Origin: Nemertoderma westbladi
Lineage: Eukaryota; Animalia; Xenacoelomorpha
Reading direction: 5' to 3'
Assembly (NCBI GenBank): GCA_032718475.1
Contig: JAUCBJ010009058.1
Coordinates: 62,001-126,000, forward strand
Length of the DNA: 64,000 nt
A program made the translations under genes and the position numbers. The notes under the pieces are model-generated. The model was not told the DNA's origin and searched no databases. It saw nothing but the letters and a program-made list of their open reading frames with translations. Below are positions 36,901 to 49,594 of this stretch, piece by piece. The first letter of the stretch is position 1. The number at the start of each line of letters is the position of its first letter.

Positions 36901-39900
36901 TATCGATGATACAGTTAACAACTTACTTGTGTTTCTACAGAGACCCAGATCCAAGCTATCGATGATACAGTTAACAACTTACTTGTGTTTCTACAGAGGC
37001 CCAGATCCAAGCTATTGATGATACAGTTAACATCTTACTTGTGTTTCTACAGAGACCCAGATCCAAGCTATCGATGATACAGTTAACAACTTACTTGTGT
37101 TTCTACAGAGACCCAGATCCAAGCTATCGATGATACAGTTAACAACTTACTTGTTTGTTTCTACAGAGACCCAGATCCAAGATATCGATGATACAGTTAA
37201 CAACTTACTTGTGTTTCTACAGAGACCCAGATCCAAGCTATCGATGATACAGTTAACAACTTACTTGTGTTTCTACAGAGACCCAGATCCAAGCTATCGA
37301 TGATACAGTTAACAACTTACTTGTGTTTCTACAGAGACCCAGATCCAAGCTATCGATGATACAGTTAACAACTTACTTTTTTGTTTCTACAGAGACCCAG
37401 ATCCAAGCTATCGATGATACAGTTAACAACTTACTTGTGTTTCTACAGAGACCCAGATCCAAGCTATCGATGATACAGTTAACAACTTACTTGTGTTTCT
37501 ACAGAGACCCAGATCCAAGCTATCGATGATACAGTTAACAACTTACTTGTGTTTCTACAGAGACCCAGATCCAAGCTATCGATGATACAGTTAACAACTT
37601 ACTTTTTTGTTTCTACAGAGACCCAGATCCAAGCTATCGATGATACAGTTAACAACTTACTTGTGTTTCTACAGAGACCCAGATCCAAGCTATCGATGAT
37701 ACAGTTAACAACTTACTTGTGTTTCTACAGAGACCCAGATCCAAGCTATCGATGATACAGTTAACAACTTACTTGTGTTTCTACAGAGACCCAGATCCAA
37801 GCTATCGATGATACAGTTAACAACTTACTTGTTTGTTTCTACAGAGACCCAGATCCAAGATATCGATGATACAGTTAACAACTTACTTTTGTTTCTACAG
37901 AGACCCAGATCCAAGCTATCGATGATACAGTTAACAACTTACTTGTGTTTCTACAGAGACCCAGATCCAAGCTATCGATGATACAGTTAACAACTTACTT
38001 GTGTTTCTACAGAGACCCAGATCAAAGCTATCGATGATACAGTTAACAACTTACTTGTGTTTCTACAGAGACCCAGATCCAAGCTTTCGATGATACAGTT
38101 AACAACTTACTTGTGTTTCTACAGAGACCCAGATCCAAGCTATCGATGATACAGTTAACAACTTACTTGTGTTTCTACAGAGGCCCAGATCCAAGCTATC
38201 GATGGTACAGTTAACAACTTACTTGTGTTTCTACAGAGACCCAAATCCAAGCTATCGATGATACCGTTAACAACTTACTTGTGTTTCTACAGAGACCCAG
38301 ATCCAAGCTATCGATGATACAGTTAACAACTTACTTGAATTTCTACAGAGGCCCAGACCCAAGCTATCGATGGTACAGTTAACAACTTACTTGTGTTTCT
38401 ACAGAGACCCAAATCCAAGCTATCGATGATACAGTTAACAACTTACTTGTGTTTCTACAGAGACCCAGATCCAAGCTTTCGATGATACAGTTAACAACTT
38501 ACTTGTGTTTCTACAGAGACCCAGATCCAAGCTTTCGATGATACAGTTAACAACTTACTTGTGTTTCTACAGAGACCCAGATCCAAGATATCGATGGTAC
38601 AGTTAACAACTTACTTGTGTTTCTACAGAGACCCAAATCCAAGCTATCGATGATACAGTTAACAACTTACTTGTGTTTCTACAGAGACCCAGATCAAAGC
38701 TATCGATGATACAGTTAACAACTTACTTGTGTTTCTACAGAGACCCAGATCCAAGCTTTCGATGATACAGTTAACAACTTACTTGTGTTTCTACAGAGAC
38801 CCAGATCCAAGCTATCGATGATACAGTTAACAACTTACTTGAATTTCTACAGAGGCCCAGACCCAAGCTATCGATGGTACAGTTAACAACTTACTTGTGT
38901 TTCTACAGAGACCCAAATCCAAGCTATCGATGATACAGTTAACAACTTACTTGTGTTTCTACAGAGACCCAAATCCAAGCTATCGATGATACAGTTAACA
39001 ACTTACTTGTGTTTCTACAGAGACCCAGATCCAAGATATCGATGAAACAGTTAACAACTTACTTGTGTTTCTACAGAGACCCAGATCCAAGCTATCGATG
39101 ATACAGTTAACAACTTACTTGTGTTTCTACAGAGATCCAGATCCAAGCTTTCGATGATACAGTTAACAACTTACTTGTGTTTCTACAGAGACCCAGATCC
39201 AAGCTATCGATGGTACAGTTAACAACTTACTTGTGTTTCTACAGAGACCCAAATCCAAGCTATCGATGATACAGTTAACAACTTACTTGTGTTTCTACAG
39301 AGACCCAGATCAAAGCTATCGATGATACAGTTAACAACTTACTTGTGTTTCTACAGAGACCCAGATCCAAGCTTTCGATGATACAGTTAACAACTTACTT
39401 GTGTTTCTACAGAGACCCAGATCCAAGCTATCGATGATACAGTTAACAACTTACTTGAATTTCTACAGAGGCCCAGACCCAAGCTATCGATGGTACAGTT
39501 AACAACTTACTTGTGTTTCTACAGAGACCCAAATCCAAGCTATCGATGATACAGTTAACAACTTACTTGTGTTTCTACAGAGACCCAGATCAAAGCTATC
39601 GATGATACAGTTAACAACTTACTTGTGTTTCTACAGAGACCCAGATCCAAGCTTTCGATGATACAGTTAACAACTTACTTGTGTTTCTACAGAGACCCAG
39701 ATCCAAGCTATCGATGATACAGTTAACAACTTACTTGAATTTCTACAGAGGCCCAGACCCAAGCTATCGATGGTACAGTTAACAACTTACTTGTGTTTCT
39801 ACAGAGGCCCAGATCCAAGCTATCGATGATACAGTTAACAACTTACTTGTGTTTCTACAGAGACCCAGATCCAAGCTATCGATGATACAGTTAACAACTT

Positions 39901-42900
39901 ACTTGAATTTCTACAGAGGCCCAGACCCAAGCTATCGATGGTACAGTTAACAACTTAATTGTGTTTCTACAGAGACCCAAATCCAAGCTATCGATGATAC
40001 AGTTAACAACTTACTTGTGTTTCTACAGAGACCCAAATCCAAGCTATCGATGATACAGTTAACAACTTACTTGTGTTTCTACAGAGACCCAGATCCAAGA
40101 TATCGATGATACAGTTAACAACTTACTTGTGTTTCTACAGAGACCCAGATCCAAGCTATCGATGGTACAGTTAACAACTTACTTGTGTTTCTACAGAGAC
40201 CCAGATCCAAGCTTTCGATGATACAGTTAACAACTTACTTGTGTTTCTACAGAGACCCAGATCCAAGCTATCGATGGTACAGTTAACAACTTACTTGTGT
40301 TTCTACAGAGACCCAAATCCAAGCTATCGATGATACAGTTAACAACTTACTTGTGTTTCTACAGAGACCCAGATCAAAGCTATCGATGATACAGTTAACA
40401 ACTTACTTGTGTTTCTACAGAGACCCAGATCCAAGCTTTCGATGATACAGTTAACAACTTACTTGTGTTTCTACAGAGACCCAGATCCAAGCTATCGATG
40501 ATACAGTTAACAACTTACTTGAATTTCTACAGAGGCCCAGACCCAAGCTATCGATGGTACAGTTAACAACTTACTTGTGTTTCTACAGAGACCCAAATCC
40601 AAGCTATCGATGATACAGTTAACAACTTACTTGTGTTTCTACAGAGACCCAGATCAAAGCTATCGATGATACAGTTAACAACTTACTTGTGTTTCTACAG
40701 AGACCCAGATCCAAGCTTTCGATGATACAGTTAACAACTTACTTGTGTTTCTACAGAGACCCAGATCCAAGCTATCGATGATACAGTTAACAACTTACTT
40801 GAATTTCTACAGAGGCCCAGACCCAAGCTATCGATGGTACAGTTAACAACTTACTTGTGTTTCTACAGAGGCCCAGATCCAAGCTATCGATGATACAGTT
40901 AACAACTTACTTGTGTTTCTACAGAGACCCAGATCCAAGCTATCGATGATACAGTTAACAACTTACTTGTGTTTCTACAGAGACCCAGATCCAAGCTATC
41001 GATGATACAGTACAGAGGCCAAGATCCAAGCTATCGATGATACAGTTAACAACTTACTTGTGTTTCTATAGAGACCCAGATCCAAGCTATCGATGATACC
41101 GTTAACAACTTACTTGCGTTTCTACAGAGACCCAGATCCAAGATATCGATGATACAGTTAACAACTTACTTGTGTTTCTACAGAGACCCAGATCCAAGCT
41201 ATCGATGATACAGTTAACAACTTACTTTTTTGTTTCTACAGAGACCCAGATCCAAGCTATCGATGATACAGTTAACAACTTACTTGTTTGTTTCTACAGA
41301 GACCCAGATCCAAGATATCGATGATACAGTTAACAACTTACTTGTGTTTCTACAGAGACCCAGATCCAAGCTATCGATGATACAGTTAACAACTTACTTG
41401 TGTTTCTACAGAGACCCAGATCCAAGCTATCGATGATACAGTTAACAACTTACTTGTGTTTCTACAGAGACCCAGATCCAAGCTATCGATGATACAGTTA
41501 ACAACTTACTTTTTTGTTTCTACAGAGACCCAGATCCAAGCTATCGATGATACAGTTAACAACTTACTTGAATTTCTACAGAGGCCCAGACCCAAGCTAT
41601 CGATGGTACAGTTAACAACTTACTTGTGTTTCTACAGAGACCCAGACCCAAGCTATCGATGATACAGTTAACAACTTACTTGTGTTTCTACAGAGACCCA
41701 GATCCAAGCTATCGATGATACAGTTAACAACTTACTTGAATTTCTACAGAGGCCCAGACCCAAGCTATCGATGGTACAGTTAACAACTTACTTGTGTTTC
41801 TACAGAGACCCAGACCCAAGCTATCGATGATACAGTTAACAACTTACTTGTGTTTCTACAGAGACCCAGATCCAAGCTATCGATGATACAGTTAACAACT
41901 TACTTGAATTTCTACAGAGGCCCAGACCCAAGCTATCGATGGTACAGTTAACAACTTACTTGTGTTTCTACAGAGACCCAGATCCAAGATATTGATGATA
42001 CAGTTAACAACTTACTTGTGTTTCTACAGAGACCCAGATCCAAGCTATCGATGATACAGTTAACAACTTACTTGAATTTCTACAGAGGCCCAGACCCAAG
42101 CTATCGATGGTACAGTTAACAACTTACTTGTGTTTCTACAGAGACCCAAATCCAAGCTATCGATGATACAGTTAACAACTTACTTGTGTTTCTACAGAGA
42201 CCCAAATCCAAGCTATCGATGATACAGTTAACAACTTACTTGTGTTTCTACAGAGACCCAGATCCAAGATATCGATGATACAGTTAACAACTTACTTGTG
42301 TTTCTACAGAGACCCAAATCCAAGCTATCGATGATACAGTTAACAACTTACTTGTGTTTCTACAGAGACCCAGATCAAAGCTATCGATGATACAGTTAAC
42401 AACTTACTTGTGTTTCTACAGAGACCCAGATCCAAGCTTTCGATGATACAGTTAACAACTTACTTGTGTTTCTACAGAGACCCAGATCCAAGCTATCGAT
42501 GATACAGTTAACAACTTACTTGAATTTCTACAGAGGCCCAGACCCAAGCTATCGATGGTACAGTTAACAACTTACTTGTGTTTCTACAGAGACCCAGATC
42601 CAAGCTATCGATGATACAGTTAACAACTTACTTGAATTTCTACAGAGGCCCAGATCCAAGCTTTCGATGATACAGTTAACAACTTACTTGTGTTTCTACA
42701 GAGACCCAGATCCAAGCTATCGATGGTACAGTTAACAACTTACTTGTGTTTCTACAGAGACCCAAATCCAAGCTATCGATGATACAGTTAACAACTTACT
42801 TGTGTTTCTACAGAGACCCAGATCAAAGCTATCGATGATACAGTTAACAACTTACTTGTGTTTCTACAGAGACCCAGATCCAAGCTTTCGATGATACAGT

Positions 42901-44753
42901 TAACAACTTACTTGTGTTTCTACAGAGACCCAGATCCAAGCTATCGATGATACAGTTAACAACTTACTTGAATTTCTACAGAGGCCCAGACCCAAGCTAT
43001 CGATGGTACAGTTAACAACTTACTTGAATTTCTACAGAGGCCCAGACCCAAGCTATCGATGGTACAGTTAACAACTTACTTGTGTTTCTACAGAGACCCA
43101 GACCCAAGCTATCGATGATACAGTTAACAACTTACTTGTGTTTCTACAGAGACCCAGATCCAAGCTATCGATGATACAGTTAACAACTTACTTGTGTTTC
43201 TACAGAGACCCAGATCCNNNNNNNNNNNNNNNNNNNNNNNNNNNNNNNNNNNNNNNNNNNNNNNNNNNNNNNNNNNNNNNNNNNNNNNNNNNNNNNNNNN
43301 NNNNNNNNNNNNNNNNNACCCATATCCAAGCTATCGATGATACCGTTAACAACTTACTTGTGTTTCTACAGAGACCCAGATCCAAGCTATCGATGATACA
43401 GTTAACAACTTACTTGTGTTTCTACAGAGACCCATATCCAAGCTATCGATGATACCGTTAACAACTTACTTGTGTTTCTACAGAGACCCAGATCGAAGCT
43501 ATCGATGATACAGTTAACAACTTACTTGTGTTTCTACAGAGACCCAGACCCAAGCTATCGATGATACAGTTAACATCTTACTTGTGTTTCTACAGAGACC
43601 CAGATCCAAGCTATCGATGATACAGTTAACAACTTACTTGTGTTTCTACAGAGACCCAGACCCAAGCTATCGATGATACAGTACAGAGACCCAGATCCAA
43701 GCTATCGATGATACAGTTAACAACTTACTTGTGTTTCTACAGAGGCCCAGATCCAAGCTATCGATAATACAGTACAGAGACCCAGATCCAAGCTATCGAT
43801 GGTACAGTTAACAACTTACTTGTGTTTCTACAGAGGCCCAGACCCAAGATATCGATAATACAGTACAGAGACCCAGATCCAAGCTATCGATGATACAGTT
43901 AACAACTTACTTGTGTTTCTACAGAGACCCAGATCCAAACTATCGATAATACAGTTAACAACTTACTTGTGTTTCTACAGAGACCCAGATCCAAGCTATC
44001 GATGATACAGTTAACAACTTACTTGTGTTTCTACAGAGGCCCAGATCCAAGCTATCGATGATACAGTTAACAACTTACTTGTGTTTCTACAGAGACCCAG
44101 ATCCAAGCTATCGATGATACAGTTAACTACTTACTTGTGTTTCTACAGAGACCCAGATCCAAGCTATCGATGATACAGTTAACAACTTACTTGTGTTTGT
44201 TTCTACATAGACCCAGATCAAAGCTATCGATGATACAGTTAACAACTTACTTGTGTTTCTACAGAGACCCAGATCCAAGCTATCGATGATACAGTTAACA
44301 ACTTACTTGTGTTTCTACAGAGGCCCAGATCCAAGCTATCGATGATACAGTTAACAACTTACTTGTGTTTGTTTCTACATAGACCCAGATCAAAGCTATC
44401 GATGATACAGTCAACAACTTACTTGTGTTTCTACAGAGACCCAGATCCAAGCTATCGATGATACAGTTAACAACTTACTTGTGTTTCTACAGAGACCCAG
44501 ATCCAAGCTATCGATGATACAGTTAACAACTTACTTGTGTTTCTACAGAGACCCAGATCCAAGCTATCGATGATACAGTTAACAACTTACTTGTGTTTCT
44601 ACAGAGACCCAGATCCAAGCTATTGATGATACAGTTAACAACTTACTTGTGTTTCTACAGAGACCCAAATCCAAGCTATCGATGATACAGTTAACAACTT
44701 ACTTGTGTTTCTACAGAGACCCAGATCCAAGCTATCGATGATACAGTTAACAA
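24960..44753. repeat. 56-bp satellite, right block, with higher-order duplications and a scaffold gap
   Basis: Same unit as 4080-6738, about 350 copies; its last unit merges into the ABCG exon. Confidence 0.97.
43218..43317. other. Assembly gap (100 N)
   Basis: Run of exactly 100 N, the usual placeholder for a gap of unknown size. Confidence 0.99.
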
Positions 44754-44808
44754 TCGCTTCTTTCTCAGATACTTTGAGAGAATCTGATAGGCGTAAATGA
44801 GCCGTATA
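44703..44808 (-). CDS. Host ABCG transporter exon (YTAHLRLSDSLKVSEKEAIVNCIIDSLDLGLCRNT); its 3' half is the first satellite unit
   Basis: Acceptor ttcctttcttag| and donor |gtaagt; 106 nt, phase 0/1. Joins ...DTLM to IIGD...LSGGE as expected for an ABCG NBD. Confidence 0.92.
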
Positions 44809-45520
44809 CTAAGAAAGGAAACAATAAGATATAATTGAATAAACTCATCTACATTGACGTATATGTTGTGGGTACTGCTTTTACAGCTAACTACCTCAAA
44901 TTTAGTATTAAATTAATTGATTGATTAAATCTAATTGATTAAATTATTAAATTAAATAAGTAAATTAAGTTTACAAACTCAACTAAAATTATTTTGTTAC
45001 ATTATGTCAACTTAACAGCGTTCTGGTGAATTACTCGTAACGCTGCAAAGTCTACTTTGCAGCGTTGCGGTCTATAGGCGTTGCGGCCTATACGGCTTAC
45101 CGTATTCCAGAATATATTATTTCCATTTATGTTAATGAGTGCTGCTTTATTATCCAGTTTGCAGTGACGGGACTAGCTACTGTATGTAAATAATTGTTTA
45201 ACGTGTACATCCATTATGGCGAGAAGACACTTTTGAGAAAATGACCAAAGAAAATGGCGACTGTGTTCAGTGAAACTAGACAGTGACTAAGTTTGCTTCA
45301 GTCGACTGTTTATAGTCAAGATGGATTAATGATTTATCACATCCAAGCAGGAGATAACTTACAATAAACTTTAATTAGATTTAAATGAATAATTAATACT
45401 GTGTACCTGTTAAAATTTCACTTATATTTGATATAGTACATGATTAAAATGTATAAATGAATATCCATAAAATCCTTTCTTCACATACCGAACTCTGATA
45501 AGTTGACATAATGTAACAAA

Positions 45521-46416
45521 AAGAGTTATCAAAAAAGAAAGACAGGCATCTGGCTGTTATCTTTGTTGACTTCTACAAGGCCTTTGATTCAGTCTCTCGC
45601 TCAAGTATGTTCAGCATACTTTCATTATATGGGATTCCTGATGAAATTATTGTAGCAATCAGATCAGTATACGATGGTTCGATAACATTTGTGTCTACTG
45701 TTGACGGTGACACATAACCATTTGAAGTGTTATGGGGCGTCCTCCAGGGAGACACACTTGCACCATTCTTGTTCATAATTGTGGTTGACTATGTTCTTCG
45801 CATGTCCTTAGATCATCATCATGATGATGGGGTGATGATAACTCCACCTACTGGCTCCAGAAGTCGAGGAAATCCTGCCAAGTACCTAACTGATCTAGAC
45901 TTTGCTGATGACCTAGGAGTACTCTCAGAATCACTAGAGGGAGCCCAACGGCTCCTCAGCTCATTAGAACATGCTGCTTCTAGTGTTGGTCTTTTTATTA
46001 ACTCTAGAAAGACCAAAATTTTGACAGTTAACTTTGAAAGTCCCCAGCAAGTCTCTGACCGGATGAGCATAAGCTCAAATGATGGTATGCTTGAGCATGT
46101 GGACGACTTTGCTTTGACTTTACTTTGCTTGAGCATGTGGACGACGACGCCTCTGCTTTGCAGGACATTGCTTTCGCCGTGAGGACCAGCCAGGGCATAA
46201 TCTTGTACTTTGGCAGCCTCATGGAGTGAATAAGCATGGTGGACAGCCCATGACTTTCTTGAGACGCATCTTAAAGGACACTGGCCTTGAAGATGCGGAT
46301 GATCTAGCAAATGTCATGGGTGATTGGGAGTTGTGGCGGCGCAATTTTGTCGAGAAGCCGGCACAGCATTCTTAAAATTCAGCTGCAATGCAGCATGCCG
46401 ATCCTAGTAGTAGTAG
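45521..46416 (+). mobile_element. 5'-truncated, internally deleted RTE-like non-LTR retrotransposon copy
   Basis: GVLQGDTLAPFLF and FADD RT motifs; closely similar to 49918-51110; deletion junction near 46110-46155; ends in a (TAG)n tail. Confidence 0.9.
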
Positions 46417-46545
46417 TGTACCGCAACGGTAATGTGCCAGTGACCAAGGCTACCTAAAATACATTAGTTATCATAGGGAGGCGTTCATAAAGTATGTCAC
46501 GCAAATTTTCGCGATTGTTGACCCCCCATTAAAGCATTTAAAGGG

Positions 46546-46655
46546 AGTCCGGACAATTACGACCCGGACAATTGCGACCCGGACAATTGCGACACGGAGA
46601 ATTGCGACCCATCAATTTTTTTCTAAAATCGCAATTGACCGGGTCGCAATTGTAC
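46546..46655. repeat. 15-bp subterminal-type repeats (CCGGACAATTGCGAC)n with an inverted copy; probable non-autonomous DNA transposon end
   Basis: Four tandem copies followed by GGGTCGCAATTGT. Confidence 0.55.
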
Positions 46656-47191
46656 AAACAGCTATAAGGTAGGATAATAATTGCGGTGTAACTGATGTAA
46701 TATCGCTGGAGACACTTTTTTTAAACGCTTGTAGCTAAAGATTGAAAACAAAAATAAAAATCCTGGCTCACCCAGTCAGTGGTCGGGAGGAGAAACTATC
46801 TCTGTCTCAAATTTCATGCAATCTCATTAAGATTTGTAGAAAAATTAGGGGGGGGGGGGCGTGTCACCGAACTACGACACTCTGGGACATGGTGTATTTG
46901 AGTGTTTCTATTCAAAAATTGCTCATCATTTTATTAATTAAACGATATTATGATATGTTAATTACGACATATAAAGTTTCGGAATATTAATGTCTACCTA
47001 AGTTGTATTATTCGATTCAGTACAATGCTGAACAATTAAGTTAAATGTTAAAGTATATTATTAAAATGTACTATAAAATGAACAATGTCCACAGAAATGA
47101 CAACAAAGTCCTTAGCAACATCAACTCATTCCCTTTCTCTTCTCTAACGTTTAGGTAATGTAACAACACCAACTCATTCCCTTTCTCTTCT

Positions 47192-47855
47192 CTAACGTTT
47201 AGGTAATGTTTTCTTGTTGTGTGAAACCATTTTCATGAACTCCCATCCTGTCATCTCTGCTCGTTTTTGAGACTTGGCTGGATTGGTGCTAGTCTTTGCT
47301 TCACTATTTTCTCGAATTCTGGTACCGGTACTTATTCCTCGAATATTTTTATCCTAAATAAAATAATAAAAAAAAGAACCAAATAATTTTAGTTACAATA
47401 TGATCTCACCTACCAATTATGTAGCTATATATAATTCTAAATAATTGTGACTAATGTAATCTTATACTAAAAAATAAGTCTAGTAAACCAATCAGAATAT
47501 AATTATAATGACATGGAGGTCCCATAATAAATTAGAAACGATAATAAATAATTCCCAAATGAATATTTAATCTGACCTTCACTCCGCCACTCGGTCTACC
47601 TCTAACGTTCGACCCTCTCCTTTTCGACTTCCCCTTTCCTTTCTTCCCCTTTCCTCTTCGACTCTTTGACTTACTTCCTTTACCTCGGCGACTCCTTGAC
47701 CTGCTCTTCTTTCCCTTATTACTTCCCTTTCTCGTCGTTCGTCTCCTTTTCTCCATTTCTTTCTTGCTTGTTTCCCCCCGATCGTCAACTAAACCCGAAC
47801 CCGGCACTTCAACCTGCTCCGCTCCATAATTGTCACTGTCTGCGCTCGCAGCCAT
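47192..47855 (-). CDS. Nested two-exon gene for a small K/R/S/G-rich basic protein (protamine-like); exons 47855-47577 and 47353-47192, 146 aa
   Basis: ATG at 47855, donor AAG|GTCAGA (phase 0), acceptor TTTAG|GAT, exon 2 open to TAG; TATATAAA about 80 nt upstream. Confidence 0.6.
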
Positions 47856-48074
47856 TAATATGGAAGTAAATGGTAGGCCTATCTAGATCAGATCCTTTTA
47901 CAATGACACACTAATTACTGTAAGCTGTTAAATTTATATAAAATTACATTTGCGTTTTGTGGAAACTAAAAAAATTAAATTCTAGAATTCTGTTGCTAAA
48001 GCTAAAGCAGACAATATTTTACCAATTTCTTTATGATTCGATATTCCTACATGAACGGTATAGTGTTTATTAAT

Positions 48075-48595
48075 AAATTTAGCGGGAATGATTTTACAAT
48101 CACTCCCGCTAAATTACAATCATTCCCGCTAAATTACAATCATTCCCGCTAAATTACAATCATTCCCGCTAAATTACAATCATTCCCGCTAAATTACAAT
48201 CATTCCCGCTAAATTACAATCATTCCCGCTAAATTACAATCATTCCCGCTAAATTACAATCATGCCCGCTAAATTACAATCATGCCCGCTAAATTACAAT
48301 CATTCCCGCTAAATTACAATCATTCCCGCTTAATTACAATCATTCCCGCTAAATTACAGTCATTCCCGCTAAATTACAATCATTCCCGCTAAATTACAAT
48401 CATTCCCGCTAAATTACAATCATTCCCGCTAAATTACAATCATGCCCGCTAAATTACAATCATTCCCGCTAAATTACAATCATTCCCGCTAAATTACAAT
48501 CATTCCCGCTAAATTACAATCATTCCCGCTAAATTACAATCATTCCCGCTAAATTACAATCATGCCCGCTAAATTACAATCATGCCCGCTAAATT
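48075..48595. repeat. 20-bp minisatellite (CATTCCCGCTAAATTACAAT)n, about 25 copies, preceded by one inverted unit
   Basis: Direct periodicity; AATTTAGCGGGAATGATT at about 48076-48093 is the reverse complement of the unit. Confidence 0.95.
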
Positions 48596-48651
48596 GCTAA
48601 AGTACTACATCATGTCCCAGAATATAGTGTCGTAATTCAGTGACACGGCCG

Positions 48652-49050
48652 GTGCACAAGGCTGAGATAACTCCCTCTTGAAATGAATCCCCAGTCGTCT
48701 CAGCCTAGGCTGATAGCACTCCCTAGTTATCTTAGCCTAGGCTGCTAACACTCCCCTTAGGCTGATAACACTCCCCTTAGGCTAAGATGACTCCCCTTAG
48801 GCTGAGATGACTCCCCTAATTGGGTTATAATTCTTATCCGTACCTGTGTTATTTTCGTATATTGCAAAAATAAAACTGTATCCTATGTTATTGAGATATC
48901 GTTTATTGTTTTGGTTAGAAAAGCCCGCCACTGCAACCTGCTCCTTGCCGTTAATTAAGAAATCTAGCGAGAAAACTGGGGAGTGTTCTCAGCCTAGGCT
49001 GAGAAGACTGGGGAGTCATATTTGGCGGGGAGTTATCTCAGCCTGTTACA
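48652..49050. mobile_element. MITE-like element with imperfect TIRs of about 85 bp
   Basis: AGGCTGAGATAACTCCC...CTCAGCCTAGGCTGA on the left is mirrored by TCAGCCTAGGCTGAG...GGGAGTTATCTCAGCCT on the right; 20-bp internal repeats. Confidence 0.7.
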
Positions 49051-49594
49051 ACCCCCCCCCCCCCCCCCCCCCCAAGTCAAGTCAAGTGTAAATCTATATT
49101 AATAACAGATATTACAGAGTCGGAGTCTATGGAAACCGCTATTTAATAGCTCTTTTAGTTTTCAAGTTATAACAATTTCCATTTAGGGAATCCAATTGAA
49201 ATTACTATGTATATTGAAAGGTCGATTATTTCCAAATGATTTTTATAGAGTTGTATCGTGATCAGCGACCTTTAAAACCAGTATAGCTTCAGAATTACCA
49301 AACCAAAGGCAAAAATAATAAAAACAATTTATATAGCGCCAAATTTACATAGGAATACTCTATGGCGCTGAAACAACAGTATCGTACACATTACGTAGTC
49401 AAACAACTTAGAATAAAATAAACTATAACTAAAATTTTGTAAAACAAGTTTAACAATTCTGTTAAAATATTCGGTTCAGTTAAAACAATTCCGAATTCAG
49501 TTAGAACAAGCTCTGGTCTGTACGAACAGTAGGAATAAGATATGATATAATAAATCACGAGTACCAGTTAAATAACTGGGAGCAAAACAAGGAA

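Noticed and set aside
4652-43452. Many 67-104-aa MFLQRPRSK... ORFs
   Set aside because: They arise wherever a 2-nt indel variant of the 56-bp unit delays a stop codon.
4080-44753. CRISPR array interpretation of the regular repeats
   Set aside because: Units are head-to-tail with no unique spacers, there are no cas genes, and the context is a eukaryotic intron.
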